This document shows positions 9,157 through 18,717 of a stretch of 61,975 nt of DNA, piece by piece; position 1 is the first letter of the stretch, and each line of letters begins with the position of its first letter. The notes beneath the pieces are model-generated. The model saw nothing but the letters and a program-made list of their open reading frames with translations. It did no database searches and was not told where the DNA came from. The stretch lies in NCBI GenBank assembly GCA_005788035.1, contig SXZI01000029.1, forward strand, positions 1 through 61,975, written 5' to 3'. Position numbers and translations under genes: made by a program. Origin of the DNA: Bacteroidota bacterium (GTDB taxonomy: Bacteria > Bacteroidota > Ignavibacteria > Kapaibacteriales > UBA961).

Positions 9157-12100
9157 TTATCGACCACCTGAGACAGAAATACGAATATCTAAGCCAAACT
9201 GATAGCGACTGAATCCAGGCGCGGCGGCACCTTCATTGATGGTGGTTTCATATCTCATGAACAAGCGAGCTGTAACTCTCTGAGAGATTCCATATCTAGC
9301 AGATGGCTCTAAAATGATTTGTGTATTTCCATCCAAACGTTGAGCATTCTGATCTGCCAACTTAAGCAAGTCATATGTATTTCGTAATGAGCGTTTGAAT
9401 GTTGCAAGCATTGCGAATTCAAGTTCATTGTCAAATGTCAATCCAAAGAAGGAAGTTTTGAATCCTCTACGATTATAATTTGCTTGTAATGTCAAATCAG
9501 TGACAGACTCACTTTGAATAATCGATGAAGTTGGCTGCATGATATAATTTTCTCGGGTTGTAAATCTTAATGAACCCGTCAATAATCCTTTCAATTTTGA
9601 TTCATCAAATGTCAATTGCATTCCGAGCAGTGGTTCAAATCCTGATTGAATTTGTTGAGAACCCGGGACTATGCCATTATCCGTTCTTGTAGTGCTTTCT
9701 TGATAGGAGGATTTATATGCATGTTCCAACGTGACGCGCTTTGCCAGATTTGCAAAAATCGGAAGCTTCTCAACACCATCCCATCTGAAAGTCCAATTGA
9801 TTGCAGGCAATACTTTTTGAACTGCATCAGGAAGAAATGAGAAAATCCTAGTTTCCAATCCTTTTTCGAATGATTCAGAGACGGCATCTCTCAATGCCTG
9901 ATTTTGACGCAGAGTATCTGAAGGAATTTGAGCTATGATCACTTGTTTACGTTCATTGAACAAATCGATCACACGTTCGATGGAATTATTGAGCGGAGCG
10001 AAGATCAAAAACTTGGGTAGTGATAGATATGACCGATTATAATTTGAGGTCACGACAATATTCGTAAATCGGGAATCTCCTTCATTATCGGTGGAATCCA
10101 ATTGATTCTGGTTGAAGCCAAAACCCGATTTCCAATTAAGATCCAGTGTAGCGCCCGGCCAAAGTGGACGATTTGTTCTACATTCAATTTCTGATTTTTG
10201 GAAAAAATTATCAGGTAGAATTGCATTGCGTGGTCGTTTTCCATTGAAAGTCTCTACCCGAAAAAATGGAAATCCTGCAGTAGGTATAAGTCTAAATCCA
10301 CCATGAGGTTGAGGAACCAATCCCATTTGATATGCAGCACTTGGTCCGAATGATTCTGCTTCATCCAAACCAACGGCACTTCTCCAAAAATTAGTCATTC
10401 CAGTTTCGCCCAATACTCCTTGATTGATTGCAGAGTTTTCCTGTTTAAAATTCATCGTCAATGTTTCATAATCAAAGAAGATTGTTTTGAATACTCTGCC
10501 TATCGTACCCAAAATACTTGTACTGGAGTCTGAGCCTTTTGCAGCCGTTATACCCCACCATTTATCGGTCATGCTTTTGAGCCGAAGATTTGATGTAAAT
10601 CTCAGGGTATTCTGAAAGGAAGCTTGCTTTACGGCATCTTTGACCATTGTATCTTGTTGCAAAGGATTGCGCCAAGTATAGGTGGTAGAGAAAGAACCGG
10701 TATTATCAAAATAATTATGGAGTCCACCAATATCAGGGAAGCGAGGTCTGAAATTCAATGTCACCACTTGATTGTGATTCGTATTCACACCGAAATTGAT
10801 AAAATTAGAACCGTTTCCTATCACTCTTCTCAATAATTCACTTCCTTCTCTTTGTCTGCCATTTTCATCCAATTCCAAATCCATCAATGTAGAACCGGTT
10901 GTAAATGAATAATCCAATATTGGACTAAGAAGACCATTCTCGGAAAATCGCCATGAGAATTGTGCTTGACGCGTAGCGGCAAAATCTCTAATGACCGGAC
11001 TTGGGAATGTCAGGAATCGTGATTTCTCCGTGGCTCTTGATCTTTGGAACTGAACGGATGTTGAGAAAGAAGAAGGAACAAAGAAGATTTTCCAATCTTT
11101 ATATGCACCAAAAAACGGAATATCCCCAATCCAAGAAATTGGTTTCACTGAAATTGTTGATGGGAATTGCACATTGTAATCCGACTTGAGCCTCCAATTC
11201 CATCTGAAGCGTTCCTCTGCAACAGGGGAGCGTTCAAATGTCTGAGAATAATCATAACTCACATTGATCTTATTGATTGTTTCCTTGATGAGCCAATGAT
11301 TGATGGGTATTCCCAATCTGAAACCGGTGATCGCCCAACTATCTTGAACTCTTAATGTTTGAGATCGTCTGCGTACAGAATCGCTTACCCTTGATGCTTC
11401 ATTGACATTTCCTTTAGAGCGAGTCAGCTCTGCATTATAAGCCGCCTGTGCTGCTTGTTCAATTCCCACATCTGTTTGTGCTGCAAATATTGGAGTTTCC
11501 GCCAATTCTCCATGAGTATAGGATATTGGAATGCGCATATCACTCAACTCTTTTGGTAAGAGTCTTTCAAGAGTTCCTTGCATTTGAACATTCCAATTCA
11601 ATGTTTGATTGCGATTCCCAAAACGTTCTTCGAGTCGATGGAAATTTGGATTTGTCTGATTATATGTTGCATTGACAGTACCTAAATCCGCAAGCTTCAA
11701 TTCTGCTGAACCTATCCCTGCCCAATCGACAGAACTTTCAGGTTCAATCAATCGTAATTCATTCACCCACATCGTAGTTGATAAATCTTCAGGGAATGAA
11801 CCTGATGTTGGATTGGCAATTCCAAAGCCGATAAATTGAATTCTAGTCAGAATAGGATTTCCTTTGATGACATACTGTGTTTCAATGGGTATGGAAAATC
11901 CCGGATCGAATTGTTCTGCTGTATCAATGAATCGCGTAATGATGTCTTCCGGTACACGAAGCGTGGCTGCTTCTTGAGAACGTTTCTCTTTGAGAGCTGT
12001 CAACTTTGCCACTTCAATGTCGATGTCTCTCCATCCTTGTATGATAGGGCGACGCACTTCATAATAATTGGCAGAGTCCAAACCAAATCGAATGAATGCT

Positions 12101-15100
12101 TGTGCTTTCGATGCTGCGCCATACGGAATGAGCGCAGGCATGGAGCCATCTCCGTGAAGAAAGAACTTCATCCGCTTATAGTAAAACACGTCTAGATTGC
12201 GCATCAAACGAACAGCCATCCTCTCTTGACCTGAAGGCAGATTTTTTACGCTCACGGATAAAGATTGTTCATTCAATCGTACATCCTGAAGCGGATCCGG
12301 ATTATTGATTTGCCGTGGTCTTTGTACGCCGGGAGGCAATGTATATAAATCAGGGAGTCGACTGTTTTCTTCGACATTCACGAATTGCACACTGAGTATG
12401 CTGTCTTCCGGTGTAACATTTGGTTGTAAACCACTATTGCGAATCCATTGCCCACCGGTAAATTTCCATTCTGCAATCTTTACTGTGATTGGTTGCCCTT
12501 TGAACCATACTCTGATATATTGAAGATTTGCAAAAGTGGGATTGCCAACTATCTTCGTTGGCCTGCGTAATGGGATACGATAGAAGTACCACTGATTAAG
12601 CGGATTGGGATCAGATGCTCCCGTACCAATGATTTGTGGATTTCTTCTTGGATCAGGATCAATATTGATTTTATAACTGAAATAACTATTGTCCAGCATG
12701 ATTGTCTGGCCATTATTATTGTTGAGTATCTCACGATCAGGGAATTGCCCGGATTCGGATAACTGAGCATTATTCTCATAGTTATTGTAAAATGTGAATT
12801 GTTCACTTTTTTGAACATTCCTATCAACATTGAAGTCAAAGAAATAGTTATCGCGGGCTGGATCTTTTTCTTGATTGAGAGGGAAGGGATATGCCTCCCC
12901 TGGAGCGACAGAACTTTTTTCTTGTTCATCATTGAGGCCGTCAATGCCGACATCTTCACCAATATCGATGATATTATTTGGTATCGGACTTGCTTGTGTG
13001 ATACCATCCTCGGTGTTCAAACGATTATTTGGTATGATATCTTCACTAATTTGTCCGATATCAACCCACATTTCTGTTTGATCGGATTTTGTATCCGGTC
13101 CAAACTTCACGACCAATTCCAAAAAGTCTATATTTTCTGTATCGAAATTGGTATTGAATGTCGAGAATAGCCTTTGAATACCACCCCAAACGCGGAATTG
13201 ATTATTCTGAAGAAATGCTGCATGTGAAGTTGCATCGTATGTTGGATTGATATTGTCTACAAAATCTTTGTTACGATTATAGATCCCACGCTCTGTACTT
13301 TCAAAACGGATTTCCAAATCATTGATGGTGTTCAATCTTCCACGTGTATCACGATTGGGATAGACATCAAGTAATCTTGTATCACCGATGAATTTCTGGA
13401 ACCACCATGTTTTTCCGCGAAAATAATTTCCTTCTTTTGAAAGTGGATCATCCCATAGTCTTGGATCATCCGGCAATGCGCAATGTGCCCATTGTTGGGG
13501 AGTGAGTCCAAGAGATATGCTTCGTTGAGCACCTTCAAAGTCATCCACATATGCAACTGCAGCTCCATTGTCCGATGGAATATCAGAAATACGTTTATTC
13601 GGTGTTGGAAGCATTGCAGCAATTTCACCTCGAAGCGTGAGCGTTGATGGTGCTTTCGTATCATAGAAAGGCATTGCATCTAATGCTTTTGTAAGGAAAG
13701 GTAGATTCAGATTGAGATTGCCATCAAAACCTATCATGCTATTTGAAACAGGCTCTTCATTCACGCGAACACGGTCGAACAGCATTGCCTGATCGAACAT
13801 CATGAATGTCATACCAACATTCGCTGATCCATTTCTTCTTTTGAATGCTTGCATGTCGGCACGTAGACCAACTAGTGTTCTTGTTGCGAGATTGAATAGA
13901 TCATTCTGCTCATATTCAATGCTGAGATTTGCATTTGGCAATGATGCCCGCGGATTGGTGAGGGTGACTTGGCCGGTGAAATACTCCACATAATAATCGA
14001 CATTTTCTCGTAAAGGTGTTCCATCAAGATTCACGCGTACACTGCCTGGTGAGAGATTGAAAGCACCGAGTGAGATTTTACCACCACCTGTATTCATCAA
14101 GCCTGTTGCTTCTCCGGTAATGATGAAGCGATCCCGATCTGTTGCACGACGTGCTATTTCAACGATTTCTGTGTATACCTGTGTATAGCGATATTTATTG
14201 GCTGCTTGAGGGCTTCCAACTTTTGAGAAATACTTGATAAGTCCAGAGTCGAAGGGTTCTCTTTCCGGAAAAATAATTTCTCCACGAACCGGATTGAAAA
14301 ATGGTGAGCCTTGCTGCTGATATTGTGCTGGTAATTGTGATTGAGGAGTGGTCCCGCCACCAAGTGATGTACTTCCACCTTGTTGTACTTGATTTTGTTG
14401 ATTCTGCTGCTGCGGGCTGCCCAAGTCGAATAGTCCATCGGGGCGTGCGGTTCCATCGGAGTTGTTGACTCTGTCAACTCCGAGAATAGTCACGACCTTA
14501 TCACTAGATCCTTCCAAAACATCAGAGGAATCATTGTTTGCACGCAGATACCAAACATTCAGTTTCAAATCGGCAAGACTGACATTGCTTTGTCCGATAT
14601 TGAAGATATTCCTCATTTGCCTTTTCCAAAGCATAGGAAACCCGGGTTGCATATTTGGTCTATACACAAGTTTCAATATCAATGTATCTTTTGTCTGCAC
14701 AGTATTTGAAATGGTACCAAAATCCAAATCATCTCCGGGTTCGCTTGTTTCTCCTTCGATACGATATGCTACAGCATATGTTCTGTCTGATTTAAGTGAA
14801 GTGATTGTCAAACGACCGAGATTTTCGTCGAATTGATATGCTCTTTGATCGAGCTTCAAAAACTTTCCTCTTTCAGTATATCCGGCAACCGGGGCTATGG
14901 AGGTATAGTAGGCCTTATCGTAAAACTGAGGAGAAGTTCCAACTCTGTTTATTGCAGATAATGTGTCAATCGCGATACCTTCAGCTGCTTGCGCTGCTAA
15001 TTGCACATCAACAGTCGATTCATACACTTCCAATAATTTGATTCTGTTTCTTCTCGATTGGGGTGTATTTGGTAACAGTGGTATTTGTGCTTTGTAATAT

Positions 15101-16197
15101 GTATCCCAAATGGAAAAGTATGCGGTATCCAAAAAGAAATTTTTCTTGTCATAATCGTAGGCATTCATTCTAAATGGTTGCCTCATTGTTCCACCACCGG
15201 AAACATTTACCCTGCGCGACTCACCTCTTCTTTGTGAAGCAATTGTCTTAAGGTAAAGAGGCCCGAACTGAAAGTCGGTCCTGATTCCAAATAATGCTTG
15301 GCTTCCACTTATAAGAGTTGAAGGAGTTGGGAATTGAACATTTCCAACTTCCACTCTTTTGAAAATATCATCTTCCTCACCTGAAAAACCAATATTGAAA
15401 CGATTGTTCAAATCGAATTGTTGCCGCGTATTCCAATCAACGCCTAATCGTAATTTATCACCAATCCTACCTGTCACATTAAGATTGATGTCTTGCGTGA
15501 AGAAGGGACCCGATTGCGTTTGCCCGAATGGAGATGCTGTCCCCATTTTTTGTGAATCCCATTGCCAACCGGCTCTTACATTCACATCACCGGCTACATT
15601 GATGCTGATTTCCGGTTTGCCAAAAATGCTCATGAGCGGATTTGGTGGAATCGGGATGGATAATCCCGTGGCCTGACTTAGGACACTTGCCAAATCGGAT
15701 GAAGACATCGCTTTTTTTAAGTCATAATGCCGTACGAGTGAATCCCATAATCTTCCTCTTTCCCGTTCACGACGCAAGAGTAAATAATCATCCATTGAAA
15801 TGATATTTCCACTAGCCGTGGAGATATCGCCAAATGTTTCTGTTTTTCTTACCTCTGAAACGGTTGAATCAAATTTCAGATCGATGGTATATCCGGGCGG
15901 TAAAGGATTGTTTCGATATGGATCTTTCCCAAATGAACTACGATACTGTCTTTTTGGAGAGAATATGCCGGAAAGAGGTAATACTTGAGAATTGGAAAGA
16001 GAATCTGTTTCAGTGCTCAATGAAGTGGAATCTTCGGGAGTTACAGGTGGCTCTCCAATCATCATTGAAGCACGCATATATGCCAAAAGCAAATCACTAT
16101 GCTCAAATTCAGCTGCGCATACCACCATGCTTGTGCCTGCCATGAACAAGCACATGAGAAGAGGGAAGAACCGAAATGAAACAATGTGGAGATGCAT
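9157..16197 (-). CDS. sprA: type IX secretion system translocon SprA (Sov)
   Basis: 2346 aa with a signal peptide and the size and motifs typical of SprA (…FSGEEDDIFKRVEVGNVQFPTPSTLISGSQALFGIRTDFQFGPLYLKTIASQRRGESRRV…). C-terminal beta-barrel-like end ...QFGLDIRISVSGGR. Confidence 0.9.
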   Translation of the reverse strand: MHLHIVSFRFFPLLMCLFMAGTSMVVCAAEFEHSDLLLAYMRASMMIGEPPVTPEDSTSLSTETDSLSNSQVLPLSGIFSPKRQYRSSFGKDPYRNNPLPPGYTIDLKFDSTVSEVRKTETFGDISTASGNIISMDDYLLLRRERERGRLWDSLVRHYDLKKAMSSSDLASVLSQATGLSIPIPPNPLMSIFGKPEISINVAGDVNVRAGWQWDSQKMGTASPFGQTQSGPFFTQDINLNVTGRIGDKLRLGVDWNTRQQFDLNNRFNIGFSGEEDDIFKRVEVGNVQFPTPSTLISGSQALFGIRTDFQFGPLYLKTIASQRRGESRRVNVSGGGTMRQPFRMNAYDYDKKNFFLDTAYFSIWDTYYKAQIPLLPNTPQSRRNRIKLLEVYESTVDVQLAAQAAEGIAIDTLSAINRVGTSPQFYDKAYYTSIAPVAGYTERGKFLKLDQRAYQFDENLGRLTITSLKSDRTYAVAYRIEGETSEPGDDLDFGTISNTVQTKDTLILKLVYRPNMQPGFPMLWKRQMRNIFNIGQSNVSLADLKLNVWYLRANNDSSDVLEGSSDKVVTILGVDRVNNSDGTARPDGLFDLGSPQQQNQQNQVQQGGSTSLGGGTTPQSQLPAQYQQQGSPFFNPVRGEIIFPEREPFDSGLIKYFSKVGSPQAANKYRYTQVYTEIVEIARRATDRDRFIITGEATGLMNTGGGKISLGAFNLSPGSVRVNLDGTPLRENVDYYVEYFTGQVTLTNPRASLPNANLSIEYEQNDLFNLATRTLVGLRADMQAFKRRNGSANVGMTFMMFDQAMLFDRVRVNEEPVSNSMIGFDGNLNLNLPFLTKALDAMPFYDTKAPSTLTLRGEIAAMLPTPNKRISDIPSDNGAAVAYVDDFEGAQRSISLGLTPQQWAHCALPDDPRLWDDPLSKEGNYFRGKTWWFQKFIGDTRLLDVYPNRDTRGRLNTINDLEIRFESTERGIYNRNKDFVDNINPTYDATSHAAFLQNNQFRVWGGIQRLFSTFNTNFDTENIDFLELVVKFGPDTKSDQTEMWVDIGQISEDIIPNNRLNTEDGITQASPIPNNIIDIGEDVGIDGLNDEQEKSSVAPGEAYPFPLNQEKDPARDNYFFDFNVDRNVQKSEQFTFYNNYENNAQLSESGQFPDREILNNNNGQTIMLDNSYFSYKINIDPDPRRNPQIIGTGASDPNPLNQWYFYRIPLRRPTKIVGNPTFANLQYIRVWFKGQPITVKIAEWKFTGGQWIRNSGLQPNVTPEDSILSVQFVNVEENSRLPDLYTLPPGVQRPRQINNPDPLQDVRLNEQSLSVSVKNLPSGQERMAVRLMRNLDVFYYKRMKFFLHGDGSMPALIPYGAASKAQAFIRFGLDSANYYEVRRPIIQGWRDIDIEVAKLTALKEKRSQEAATLRVPEDIITRFIDTAEQFDPGFSIPIETQYVIKGNPILTRIQFIGFGIANPTSGSFPEDLSTTMWVNELRLIEPESSVDWAGIGSAELKLADLGTVNATYNQTNPNFHRLEERFGNRNQTLNWNVQMQGTLERLLPKELSDMRIPISYTHGELAETPIFAAQTDVGIEQAAQAAYNAELTRSKGNVNEASRVSDSVRRRSQTLRVQDSWAITGFRLGIPINHWLIKETINKINVSYDYSQTFERSPVAEERFRWNWRLKSDYNVQFPSTISVKPISWIGDIPFFGAYKDWKIFFVPSSFSTSVQFQRSRATEKSRFLTFPSPVIRDFAATRQAQFSWRFSENGLLSPILDYSFTTGSTLMDLELDENGRQREGSELLRRVIGNGSNFINFGVNTNHNQVVTLNFRPRFPDIGGLHNYFDNTGSFSTTYTWRNPLQQDTMVKDAVKQASFQNTLRFTSNLRLKSMTDKWWGITAAKGSDSSTSILGTIGRVFKTIFFDYETLTMNFKQENSAINQGVLGETGMTNFWRSAVGLDEAESFGPSAAYQMGLVPQPHGGFRLIPTAGFPFFRVETFNGKRPRNAILPDNFFQKSEIECRTNRPLWPGATLDLNWKSGFGFNQNQLDSTDNEGDSRFTNIVVTSNYNRSYLSLPKFLIFAPLNNSIERVIDLFNERKQVIIAQIPSDTLRQNQALRDAVSESFEKGLETRIFSFLPDAVQKVLPAINWTFRWDGVEKLPIFANLAKRVTLEHAYKSSYQESTTRTDNGIVPGSQQIQSGFEPLLGMQLTFDESKLKGLLTGSLRFTTRENYIMQPTSSIIQSESVTDLTLQANYNRRGFKTSFFGLTFDNELEFAMLATFKRSLRNTYDLLKLADQNAQRLDGNTQIILEPSARYGISQRVTARLFMRYETTINEGAAAPGFSRYQFGLDIRISVSGGR

Positions 16198-16346
16198 GTT
16201 ATCTCAAACAAGTACGAAACATATTGTACAAGCCGAAAGAATTTCCGGATCCATGCTGCTGTCAGCCGGAGAATCCGTTCGATTGTGAATCAGTACAAAT
16301 GTGTCAGAGGCGTACTCGTTCGGTGAAACAATGGTCAATAATGGCT

Positions 16347-16354
16347 CAAAATTA
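16347..16354 (-). promoter_or_regulatory. -7 box TAATTTTG upstream of sprA
   Basis: Perfect TAnnTTTG, 149 nt upstream of the sprA ATG, which would imply a long leader. Confidence 0.25.
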
Positions 16355-16438
16355 CATTCTTATGCGCTTTTTGGCAAGTTTTCATGTAATCTTCAAGAGA
16401 TATTTCAATAACCTTGCCAAACTTTTCAATCCTAGATA

Positions 16439-18151
16439 TTATCTGTTCAGGATAATGGGAATGGTCTTGCGAAATTGACCAGCAACCATCTCGCAGAAAT
16501 ACACCCCGGGCGGTAAATGGCTCATTGGATGGCGAAATTGGTGCAATTCCGCAGGGGCCATACCGGAAAATACTGTTTCCAATTTCATTCCATTAACGGA
16601 GTATAATGATATCTGTGCAAATGTCGCTTCTTTGAAAAAGTGTTGAATTTCCATCACAGGTTCACCTGACACCTTCATGGAAGCAATGAAATCATTGGTG
16701 CTTTTTCTAATGTTATAGAGAAAATCTCCAAAGAAATTATTGAAAGGATCTAAGCAAAATGTATCTTTTCTTAATTGTATAGAAATTGGAAAATTAGTGA
16801 TTGAAAATGAATTATAGCAAGGATTGGCCGATTGAAATGGATTCGATGGAGGTGGATAAGTAATAGTTAAATCGTTAATCAAAATACTGATGCTATCATG
16901 TTCGCTTAAGTAATAATGAAAAGTAAGAAAACCTAATGTATCGCCAATAAATCCATCTTTTTCATTATTCTGGATTTCGAAAAATCTTTCACTATTGTGA
17001 TTTGGGCTAGCAGCCAACTTATCAGTAACTATAAATTTGTCTTTTAGAGTAATTTCATCATCAATTCTGAAACTTGCATTGTAAATGGCCTGTCTACTTT
17101 CCAAAGGTAACCCTAGTTTGAAGTATCGTAGAACTCTATAATCAATACCAGGTGGAAAATTCAATCTTGAAAATTGTATTGGTATTGAAATAGTAGTATC
17201 TGCATCCAAAATAAAACTACTTGGTGATGTGATGAAAATACCAGGTAAAACTGATTGGTAAGAAACATCTATGGGCTTAAGTATATCCCTGTTATTAGAA
17301 TAGACTCTAATCTTCCCGACATAATTACGAGCATTGTTAGATTGTGGTTTTGGAATAACCTGTAACTTAAAAGATTGATTGGGGTCTAAAATTCTCCTTG
17401 CCTTCAAGTCACTGGGATCAAAAACAAAATCCGCTGAATCTCCAATGAAAGTTATTGAATCAACTGTAATTCTTACCTGTCCATTATTCAAAAATGTTAT
17501 TACATTCTTACATTGACATAAAGAGTCTTTAATTGCATTTAAGTAATAAACATTACATCCATCCCTATTAATAACAAGATTCCCTTTGTTTACTTTGCCT
17601 TTGAGCGAAAAAGCTGGATTCGCAATTGAATCATTTATTCCAGGAAGCACCTGTTTCAAATTTGTATGAATGATAAATGTACATTCAACATCACCAGCAG
17701 TATTATGAAGAAACTGAATGTTTATATACGAGATTTGATTGGGTAGGATAGTTTTTTTATATGTGGTATCTATTATGAAGTCACTTATGGATCCGGAAAG
17801 TGTAATGGAATCAATTGTCAACGGTATAGAACCGATATTCTTTATAGGGACATCATAGTTTGTTGGTACGTTAAATTCGGCATCACGTAAAGTGATAGCC
17901 CTCTCAGAAAAAGACAATGCTTTAGGATTTCTTACTTCCCATTCAGCTGAATCAATGATCAATATTCTATTACTTTCAATTCCGACATTTGATTGTATGC
18001 CATCAACTTGTTCATGTGATGAAGAAATCAATGTTTGCTTGATGGTTTGAGTCTTTGAATTCGTAAAGGATGATGCAAAGCATTGATGAAGATCGATCAC
18101 TCCATAGAGAAAAATTGCTATTGCAATGAATACATGCATACTGTTTTGCAT
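16439..18151 (-). CDS. secreted repeat protein with T9SS C-terminal sorting domain, function unknown
   Basis: Signal-like N-terminus MQNSMHVFIAIAIFLYGVIDLHQCFA. Repeated roughly 110-aa beta-sandwich-like units (…NIGSIPLTIDSITLSGSISDFIID… / …GQVRITVDSITFIGDSADFVFDP…). C-terminus …ISLYSVNGMKLETVFSG…LPPGVYFCEMVAGQFRKTIPIILNR is typical of type A CTDs. Confidence 0.7.
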   Translation of the reverse strand: MQNSMHVFIAIAIFLYGVIDLHQCFASSFTNSKTQTIKQTLISSSHEQVDGIQSNVGIESNRILIIDSAEWEVRNPKALSFSERAITLRDAEFNVPTNYDVPIKNIGSIPLTIDSITLSGSISDFIIDTTYKKTILPNQISYINIQFLHNTAGDVECTFIIHTNLKQVLPGINDSIANPAFSLKGKVNKGNLVINRDGCNVYYLNAIKDSLCQCKNVITFLNNGQVRITVDSITFIGDSADFVFDPSDLKARRILDPNQSFKLQVIPKPQSNNARNYVGKIRVYSNNRDILKPIDVSYQSVLPGIFITSPSSFILDADTTISIPIQFSRLNFPPGIDYRVLRYFKLGLPLESRQAIYNASFRIDDEITLKDKFIVTDKLAASPNHNSERFFEIQNNEKDGFIGDTLGFLTFHYYLSEHDSISILINDLTITYPPPSNPFQSANPCYNSFSITNFPISIQLRKDTFCLDPFNNFFGDFLYNIRKSTNDFIASMKVSGEPVMEIQHFFKEATFAQISLYSVNGMKLETVFSGMAPAELHQFRHPMSHLPPGVYFCEMVAGQFRKTIPIILNR

Positions 18152-18155
18152 GACT

Positions 18156-18605
18156 TTACCCTTGTTTTGTTTGTGAGCTTCCCATGATTGCCAGCACTTT
18201 CAATTCCACTGCAATTGGCGTTGGCAAGGCATTGATTTCTATTGTAGTTCTACAGGCATGAATACCTGCGAAATGTTCTTTGTATAGAGCATTGAAGCGG
18301 GGGAAATCATCGCGCATATTTGTTAAAAACACTGTCACATCAACGATGTCTTCCCAACATGACCCTGCATCCTCAAGGATATATCGGATATTTCTGAAAA
18401 CCGAGAGGGTTTGCTCTTCAATATCATAATCAAGTATTTGGCGATCTGCATCCAATGTTACGCCCGGTATGATGGATGTTCCACGTTCTCTTGGCCCAAC
18501 CCCTGACAGAAAGAGCATGTCTCCAATGCGTCTTGCATGAGGATATGCTCCTACTGGTTCGGGAGCTCTTTCGGAATTAAGGATCAGATTTGGGGATAAT
18601 GCCAT
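18156..18605 (-). CDS. RidA/YjgF family reactive-intermediate deaminase-like protein
   Basis: 149 aa. APEPVGAYPHARRIGDMLFLSGVGP…DIVDVTVFL…ACRTTIEINALPTPIAVELKVLA matches the RidA fold signature. 4 nt upstream of the 16439-18151 gene. Confidence 0.8.
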   Translation of the reverse strand: MALSPNLILNSERAPEPVGAYPHARRIGDMLFLSGVGPRERGTSIIPGVTLDADRQILDYDIEEQTLSVFRNIRYILEDAGSCWEDIVDVTVFLTNMRDDFPRFNALYKEHFAGIHACRTTIEINALPTPIAVELKVLAIMGSSQTKQG

Positions 18606-18717
18606 AGAGTAGAACTTTGCCTTGATTAGTTGGCTACAAATTACGAATTTCGAGGAATTAGAACATATTCAATATCTGGTCATTACAGACCCTTTCATTT
18701 TTCGGAGCACACTCCAC

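Noticed and set aside
9646-16145. Numerous 60-150-aa ORFs inside sprA on either strand, for example 11836-12195(+), 12549-13007(-), 12799-13170(+), 13332-13679(-), 14154-14477(-) and 14462-14836(+)
   Set aside because: All are nested in the 7-kb sprA frame, and their translations are low-complexity with no recognisable motifs. This is expected by chance in a long, moderately AT-rich gene.
16176-16478. A 100-aa plus-strand ORF spanning the sprA upstream intergenic region
   Set aside because: It overlaps the sprA start on one side and the 3' end of the 16439 gene on the other. Its composition is implausible and it has no signal for independent expression.
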